Below, piece by piece: positions 51,301-60,300 of a stretch of DNA of 64,000 nucleotides; positions within the stretch are counted from its first letter, which is position 1; every line of letters begins with the position of its first letter. Below the pieces are notes generated by a model. The model was not told the DNA's origin. It made no database searches and saw only the letters and a list, made by a program, of their open reading frames with translations. Location of the stretch: positions 228,911 through 292,910 of the forward strand of contig NMRA01000032.1 of assembly GCA_002633005.1 (NCBI GenBank), in the 5' to 3' direction. The DNA comes from Phoronis australis. Its lineage: Eukaryota; Animalia; Phoronida. Made by a program: the position numbers and the translations under genes.

Positions 51301-54300
51301 AGCTTCTTCCTTCGTTGGTAAATGTTCTGCGCCCATGTCTAATGCAGGTCGAAATTTGTTTTTAATCATTTTTAAATTCAACTTCCTAGTAATTTTACAA
51401 AATTATTCATACATGTACGCCAGGAAATAACACGCATTATCAATAGTAATCATGCAAACTTATCTAAGGCTTAAATTTAAACATGTCTCCATACTACCAA
51501 ACATTATGAAAAATTCCCCTTGAAAACTAACAACGGTCTCTCCAATGCAAACTAGTGCTCTCACAAAACCATGTACAAGATTTCTCTTCGTTAGCGCCAC
51601 CTAGTGAATGTTTCGTCTCCTAGCTCTTACAGTAAATGCCAAAAGTAAATGCACAAATTTCCACTTTCCATCACATGAATTCTGCTAGCCTTCAGCCATA
51701 ATTACAATCATCATGACGGGGGTATTCCGGATAATTTTGTCCCATTATTATTGGCCTACCCTGTACACCATTCCCTTGCTCCCAACTTACTTGCGATCCT
51801 GTTCATCCATGGTGCAGACTGTGTACCCACATTGTTCTTAATCAACAACAGAACATTACCCAAGACCTTGTTCATCAGTTCAGCTGTGACACTGGTCACA
51901 TGATTACTGAAACAGACCAATAGATTACGTCAATGGTAATATGCAGATTAAGATAACTAGATAGTGGTTATAAGAGACAGCAACAGTTTCTTCTTGACAT
52001 ATTAATGCTGAGAAGGTAGCTCACTTTTAACAGCGATGGAACAGAGTTGTACATCAGCAGCATTGGTTGAAATGACATTGCATGTACTCTACTAAGATCA
52101 CAGGTCATTAAGTGTAAACCAGCGATTATTAATTAAATCCTCTCATTGGCAAAACTTGTTCTTGATCTTCGAGCAAACTTCATCAACGCACCGACAATCT
52201 TTGAACAGATGACTTGAGTCGAGAAATGAATCAACTGGATGTCCTCTAAGAACAGGGCAGATAATTTCGTGTTAAAAGCAGGTTTTTATGTGAGCTTATA
52301 CAGGTTTGCATAGTAAATGAATCAGTGCCCAAATGCTCACAACAGTTTTGTACAGGCCAAAACTTTTTAGACAAAATGACTCAAAATTCCCCGTCAGATT
52401 TCAAAGGAAACAACAATGGCCGTTCAGGGGTATTACCATAGCCAGAATGGGCAGAAAATTGAAAGAAGCTGTCCCTTATAGGTCAATAAATTGCCAACGA
52501 TATTTAACTTAACTGTTAGCATACACTAACTCCGAGGATGTACTTAGCAAGTCTCATATAAATCGAACACTAACCATAACGCACTGACTACTCACAATAG
52601 TAAAGCTGTGTTTCATGCTCTTTAAACTCTGTGCAGAAGGCCTTACTAAAACATAACCACAGTTGGTCATACAGTACCCTGCACTCACCCCTGCTCGTCG
52701 TGCACGTTATCAGGTCCCTGCGACCACCAGTACAGCAAGTAGCTACACAACATGGGTAGGCTGATCTCTATAGCATGTGGTGCCTCACTATAATGACCAC
52801 CAGAGGACGCTATCTCCTCCATGTTAGACACAAGCTTCTCTAGATTGGGTACATTCTCGGCCAGCGCATTCATCACATCTGAAAAGAAGAATGTAAAAAT
52901 GCTTGATCATATAAAGTTCAAAGTGACACTACTTTATATTACCCAATTATTCTGGGCTCAACAATTCGTAATCAAATAATTAACCCTCTGTTAAGCTGTG
53001 TTAGTTACCGTACACAGTGCAACTGGAACTTTGTATGAGGTTCACAAGAACTACTTTCACTGACCTTACATGTCAATTTCAAATATTACATGGTTTCAAC
53101 AGCTGATATTACCGTAAAGAATATGAATTCCATGCCACACAAACCATTACAGAAGCACGTTTTCATGCAAATAAGAGTAACCCCAATCCTGGTGCCACAC
53201 CTGCACTTACCCTGGGCTTCCAGTGAGTACTCAGCAATCTTATCATCAGACACTCCGTACAGTACAGAATGGATATTGTACTTATTTAGTCCACACTCCA
53301 GGAAAGCCACAGGAAAACAGCACGCAAATGAGGCAATGCACTCTCCTAGGGTTGGACGGTGCCTGTAAAATTGGACAGACAAGAAACTTAATATAGACGG
53401 CTAAGTGACGGATGCAAACTCTTAGCACTAAGTTAAATATTCACAGTTCTCCTTTATGACATCTGAATTGACAGGAAGAAGTTATGGAGACAACTACTAC
53501 GTCTGCCACTAAAGCCAATTTCGATAACTAACTATACTTCATGAAACAAAAACACATAAAAAGTTTGGTAAACATACAAGTTCCTAGTTAGATAGACATC
53601 TTGCATAAATTATGGCAACTGATATAACCAGATGTTAAAATGAACAGTTCTGATTGACACTACCATGTACACTGAGAAAAATATACAGAAACATTCTAAG
53701 GAAAGAGTAGTTGCAAATGGTTGATTCAATATTTCTGGGTATTCAAGGTCTAAATGCAAGTTTAACTCAACCGAATAGTGTCTACCTGAACCGACTACAC
53801 AAACTGAAGTTAAAAACTAATGTAACACTGAATTCATCAAATACTGTGAAGATTTTTCATTTTCGCCATAAATTAATGGGACAAAAAAATTTGTTAAATT
53901 TCTCAACAAAAGTAACTGCAAGGAAAGGTTCAATTTTATTGTTAGCATTTGTTAGTATAGTACATATCCCACCAAACAACATTAAATATTGGGTATTTGC
54001 AGCAATATAGCAAGTGTGGAAATGGGGAAATGGCAGTTACTGCAATACTATTCTTGATTGAACTTGAAAAATCTCCAATTGAAACGTCTACCTGGTGAGC
54101 CAGCACACATCCCATGCTAATCAATAGCAGCTATTTGCAGTCATGCAATGGTCAACTTTTAATTTGTTCCCTCAGATTTAGTGAAAGCCGTTATTAGTAT
54201 AATTGCAATAACGTAAATAATAATGCATGGTTGTGTTATATTTGCCAAAAGGATAACGATCAGTCTAACTTGGACATCAGTTCGCAGGGCTCGGTAAGTA

Positions 54301-57300
54301 TACATTGACTGTGACCGTGGAAAACAAAGATTCAAAACAATAACAGAATTTCGGAAAGTGAGCTAAAGTAATATGAAAAAGTAAGACAAATGCAAGCAAC
54401 TAAATGGGAACAGCCTCAACGAAACCATGGTAACAAAACAACAACCTGTGCATAGTCCATATAAAGAATACTGACTTTATGTGTAATCAAACCAAACAGC
54501 CATTTTTGGATATAGAGACAAGAGTGAAATATGCCTCATTGCTAGTTGACGATTGTACAGCATTCAACATTCTTGAATGAGGATTTTACACACTCAGTGA
54601 GATTACCAAGGATTTTTATGAATTCTTGGCAAGTAACATGCTGTCAAATTACCATTGTTGTGCTGTGGGGTATTGAAATAATTCACACAGAAATGTCCAA
54701 CATAACAACTCCACAAAGGAAAGAAATTGTGTTTCGTCCCTCTCAACTCGTCCTTGTATCTTACACACCAGACATTGAAATTGGGCGCCGCTACAGCCAC
54801 TTTCATGCTCTCCCAACACCAAAGAGTTGCTTATCAAAAGCTTGGAGTTAAGGTCATGTAGAACACTAAAACCTATCTAAATTTGACGACGAACTTGGGA
54901 ATGTGACATCTCACAAAAGGCGATCGGATTCCTGCAAGACTTTTATATATAATGCTTTGTGCACTGTTCACCAAAATGCTGTTAGGAATTGTCAATAAGA
55001 TTATTCACTTTTGCGTGAGGAGGTATCAAAACTAACACTTTTATTGTATGTGTATACCAGGATGTGTCGCAAAATAAAACCACTTTGTCGTTGTCCACTT
55101 GACGGGTACATTTTCACAGAAAACCTTACAGTGAGTTTAAATTGTCAAACAAAAAGTTAACATACAAAGCTAAAAATTATCTGTCATGTGACAAAATTTT
55201 CCAGGGAACCTCAAGATGCATCAATACTTTAGATGTGAAATTTCTACAATTGGCTACTGTTCAAAAACTTTAATCTACAGCTGTCCAGCCCAAAAATCCG
55301 CAAAAAATGCAGTGAGTACTCTTCGAGAAAAACTAAAGAAATAGCAGGTGGTGAAAACGCATGATTAAACATTCATTCACAGTTTTGTGCTGTCTGGGAA
55401 TATATTTCAAGCAAACGTATAAATTCCTTAGACAGAGCACAGGTTGTATTTAGCCAGAGGCACCAAACCGTATCACTCAGTAAACGTATACCTGCGCAGT
55501 TCAGATGATATTGACTCTCTGCAAGTGACAAACATTGATACTGACAACACTTGAGGTACAATCATAGAGGGCCCTATACATGCACTGTACAAGTAGCAGC
55601 AGACTTCTAGTCCTGATTATTGAAAATGCAGTCTTTTTTTCCAACAAGGTGGTATAGAGATTGCCATCGTCAACGTTTAAAGACAAAAAAGCAAATAGCA
55701 CAAGACTAAGACAAATATTTAATATTGATGATAATTCTGCAACATAATTATTGGCACAAAGTAACTTTTACACAATTATAACAGATTACAATACTGTCTT
55801 CAAATATAGTACTGCCACTGTCAAAAGCCAAAACTTGACAGCAATATTAAGACCTGACTAATAACTCTTTGGATTTAACTATAAAAGAATTTAGATTTAT
55901 CGACCAAGGTGGTCTCACCTTTGAACAAACTCTGCACCTTGTGTCCCAAGAGTGTACAAGGCATTGATGATTCGGTAACATGCCAGCTGAAGGTCTTCAA
56001 CTGAAAAAGGTGGCAGACATAAATCCTACAAAATTTATTTCAATAGCACAAAGGCCACCAGCCCACATACAAATACAATGACAACAAGGCACTGTACATG
56101 TAAGTCACAAGAATCACGTCTTATCTAAGCATAGAACAGAAATCTACAGATAATTCTAAGACTATTCACATCACTTGTAGTCATGGGCCTAATGAACATA
56201 GCATAGCAAGGTGAACATTGTTAGGCGATAGACAAATTAGATTTCGGCAAACTCTTTCCTTTAATACCGTTCCTCGTACATATCAAACTGCCAACTGCAG
56301 TCTGCAAATTACGAAGATGAGCTTTTATTATTTAACATCACATATTGGCTTCACTGTCTATTTCTCAAGTTCCATGCTGGCTTTTCATAGGTTGAGGAGT
56401 TTGCTGAGTAGCAGCATACCAAAGCTTATAAGCACAACAGCAGAATTATTCATTGCACATAAAGAGTGATTTGAAGCACTACATTCACTTGTTGATGGGG
56501 AACTGGGGTTTATTACTGTACTCCTCAACCAGCCAAAATCATTCCATCAATATGTAAAACAAAACGTGCTGCCTAGTAAATAAATTCCTCTGAAATGTTG
56601 ATCCAGAAACAGCTCAGATGAGACACTACACCATTAAGAACATTTCAAGCAGCAGTCATGGCAACAGAGCAAGTGGAATCAAAAACTTGTGACATATAGA
56701 AGACCGACAGTTTCATCTTTGTTTAAAACACCCAATGAAATTAAACATGTTTCCCTAAGTCACCCACTGTGATGAAAAATTACTAGGAGGTGATATGAGT
56801 CTGTCCCACGTGATCAGCTTCACCTTTGGTTCCTGAAAGTTTCCCTTTGGGAAAAGTGAGTCACTTACTAAGCAAGTCCGGTCCGTAACCATAGTGACCA
56901 AGATGTCCGAACAGCGTGGACAGTACAGGAAGCAGTGCCATGTGAATATAGTTGAGGCTGGTCGCACCGCGTGATATCGTACCCTTCACGTGACTGAATC
57001 GTTCAATCTTCAAGTTGTACACCGTTTGTGAGAGGTCGTCTGCCGCATTGTTGAAGAAAGGCAGAAATGCAGCACGCATGATCTCTGGACTACTTTTCAC
57101 AATGGTGCTGAAAAAAAGACAGTGATGTTTAGAAATTACATCTTTTACTCCAGTCATCAGTTTAAACTAGTGAAAGTTTAAAGTAAGTTTTGATTACATC
57201 CTTTCATGGTCGTTTTGAGCTTTTCTAACAACAATGTATCTTTCTGCTGCTTTGAGAAGTTTCATACAAAATTATTCCAAAACTAAGATGCGTTTTACAG

Positions 57301-60300
57301 CATAATCTGCTTTCTTGAACTATTTCTACAAAAAGTAGCCACATGAAGAGGGTGCTACAGCGGGAAAGTCGCTTTCTACACATTTAACCGATCAAAACAG
57401 GTACTACTTGAGGAATATCTGCAAGTGCTTAATAATAGGCACTCAATGTTTGTAAGCATTTGAAAAAATGCATTTTATCTCGATCCCAATCTATGCTAAG
57501 AGCTTGGTTCTACATCCCATACTATTGAGCCCCTCCACCTCCACAGCCGTCTTCTCTGTGTGTATTCACCTTTCACTTGGTTTCCAGCATAGGCTCTGAC
57601 TGGTTCCCACCTTTGCTTTGAGCCTGGGTCCATCCGATACTATTAATAAAACTCTACCACCACCCCAACTGATTTCTCTCTTACACCAATATGAGCAAAA
57701 TCTTGAAAGAATAACTTCTAACAAATTTCTAATACTACCGTGTACGTTAACTTTTAATTTTAACTTTTTCCAACGAATGATCTGAATCAACTGAATGCAG
57801 CAGTGCAGCACTGAAATTCCCTAGGTGGTGTTGGAGAACCAATGGCTCACCCAAAATGAATGCATGCAGTCATGTTCCTGTGAGACCTTGTATCTTATAA
57901 ATATGAACATTTTCTCCTTACCCGGCATCAATGGCCTGTACAAGAACTTGAAGACATCTAACAGAAATCTCCACGTCAGGACCGAAGGCTGTGATCTTCT
58001 GTCGCAGCAGTGCTGCCAGTTTGCAAAACAATCTGCATCAAGATGAAAAATGTATTTAACTAAAGCAAAAGTCTGAACATGAAAGTTCACAACACAGTGG
58101 ATACAATGTGAGAATGTACCAATAACATTATGAGTCCCTGTTTTCACATTAGGTTTTTTGACACAAATGCTTATATGGAAATACAAACTTCAAAAGGGGT
58201 TTACAAGACGTATGAAGAGGAGACACAGCAGACAATCCAATGCCACGTTGTAAAGTAATAGGATGTTTTTTATACTGGACTGATAGCAGGTCGTGTACTC
58301 TAACTAAGACATGTTGGCCTCAATTTCATGAAAGATATCAGAAACATACCAAAGATCACAACTTCCAGGTGACTTTCATATATAAATAGATAACCAGGTG
58401 TCATCCAAATAAGTATGGATCATGAACAACACCACCCTGAGCATGTTAGGTTCTTTTATAAAGGGGTGCAAACAACGTTGCTGTTGCACTCATGACCTTA
58501 TAGTTCAGTCTGCACTTATAAACAAGGTTCATCGTACTAACTCAGTTCCTTGACTTAAAAACACATGACTGCACATCGACCTCCCAGACTAACACAACAC
58601 CTCATAAACACNATTTTAACTTTTTCTAACGATTGATCTGAATCAAAATGCAGCGGTGCAGCACTGAAATTCTCTAAGTGGTGTTGGAGAACCAATGGCT
58701 TAACCAAAATGAATGCATGCAGTCATGTTCCTGTGAGACCTTGTATCTTATAAATATTAACATTTTCTCCTTACCCGGCATCAATGGCCTGTACAAGAAC
58801 TTGAAGACATCTGACAGAAATCTCCACGTCAGGACCGAAGGCTGTGATCTTCTGCCGCAGCAGTGCTGCCAGTTTGCAAAACAATCTGCATCAAGATGAA
58901 AAATGTATTTAACTACGGCAAAAGTCTGAACAGGATAGTTCACAACACAATGGATACAGTGTGAGCATGTTCCAATAACATTACAAGTCCCTGTTTTCAC
59001 TTAGGTTTTTTGACACAAATGCTTATATGGAAATACAAACTTCAAAAGGGGTTTACGTATGAAGAGGAGACACATACTATTAGCAGGCAATCCAAAGCCA
59101 CGTTGTAAAGTAATAGAATGTTTTTCATATTTGACTGATAGCAGGTCGTGTACTCTAACTAAGACATGTTGGTCTCAATTTCATGAAAGATATCAAAAAC
59201 ATACCAAAGATCACAACTTCCAGGTGACTTTCATAATAACCAGGTGTCATCCACATAAGTATGGATCATGAACAATGCCACCCAGAGCATTATGTTAGGT
59301 CCTTTTATAAAGGGGTGAAAACAACGTTGCTGTCGCACTCATGACCATATAGTTCAGTATGCACTGATAAACAAGGTTCATCGTACTAACTCAGTTCCTT
59401 GACTTAAAAACACATGACTGCACATCGACCTCCCACACTAACACAACACCTCATAAACACCCCAAAAACATACTTCACTGACTCATAAAATTCTCTGATC
59501 ACAAAATTGGCCATATTTTAAATATTCAGTGACTAGTGTGAATCATGTTTATAAAAGAGTAACTATGTCCATAAGTGTGGCCATCCGCGAGGACCTCCAC
59601 CAATTTTAAATGGACTGAACCTGCTCCAGTAGTCACTGTTCACTGCCTCCCTACAGAGGTACTTCCTTATACCAACAGGTGCCACTAGGAATTATTAATC
59701 TCAAGTGACATGGCTTTGCAAGAGACATTTCAGTCAAATACTTACACTGCTGTCATTTCTTTCTCCTTCACAGAAGCCATACCTCCACCAGGGTTGGGGT
59801 AGGCAGGTGTGGCTATGAAGTACATCTGGTGAGCCTCAAAGTATCTCTCCACCAACGGCAGCACCACCTAGGGACAGACAAACGCTGCATGATAGATAGG
59901 TCTCTGCATTATACAAAATTTTGCCTTCGGGTAATTTGCAAGGTGGTATCTTAAAGTGGTGAGGAATTGCATTCATGATGTTGCTTCATGAGTCGTACAT
60001 AGCACTATGTGGCGGACAAATATAACTTAACATTCTGTCCAAATTCTCAACAAAACCAACAAAAATGAAATCTACTATTTACTTGGTTTGCATTGGGTAG
60101 AAGAAAACAACATTTAGTTAAAGTTTTTATTATTTGCAGAACATCAGCCACATTTGAAAAATAGAGGAAGACAATTTTGGCGATTATTTTTGGGCAAAGT
60201 AAGTGAAGAACAGTCAACACAGAAACATCCCACGTACTTTGTTCGCAATTTCCTAAACACACCTAACATTTGTCCAGAAGACCATCACACCCCTCATACC

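Larger units (their letters stand above)
57757..59460. repeat. ~850-bp direct duplication (57757-58611 / 58613-59460) abutting an N; probable haplotype artefact
   Basis: Copies joined exactly at the N at 58612; scattered substitutions and small indels. Confidence 0.9.
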
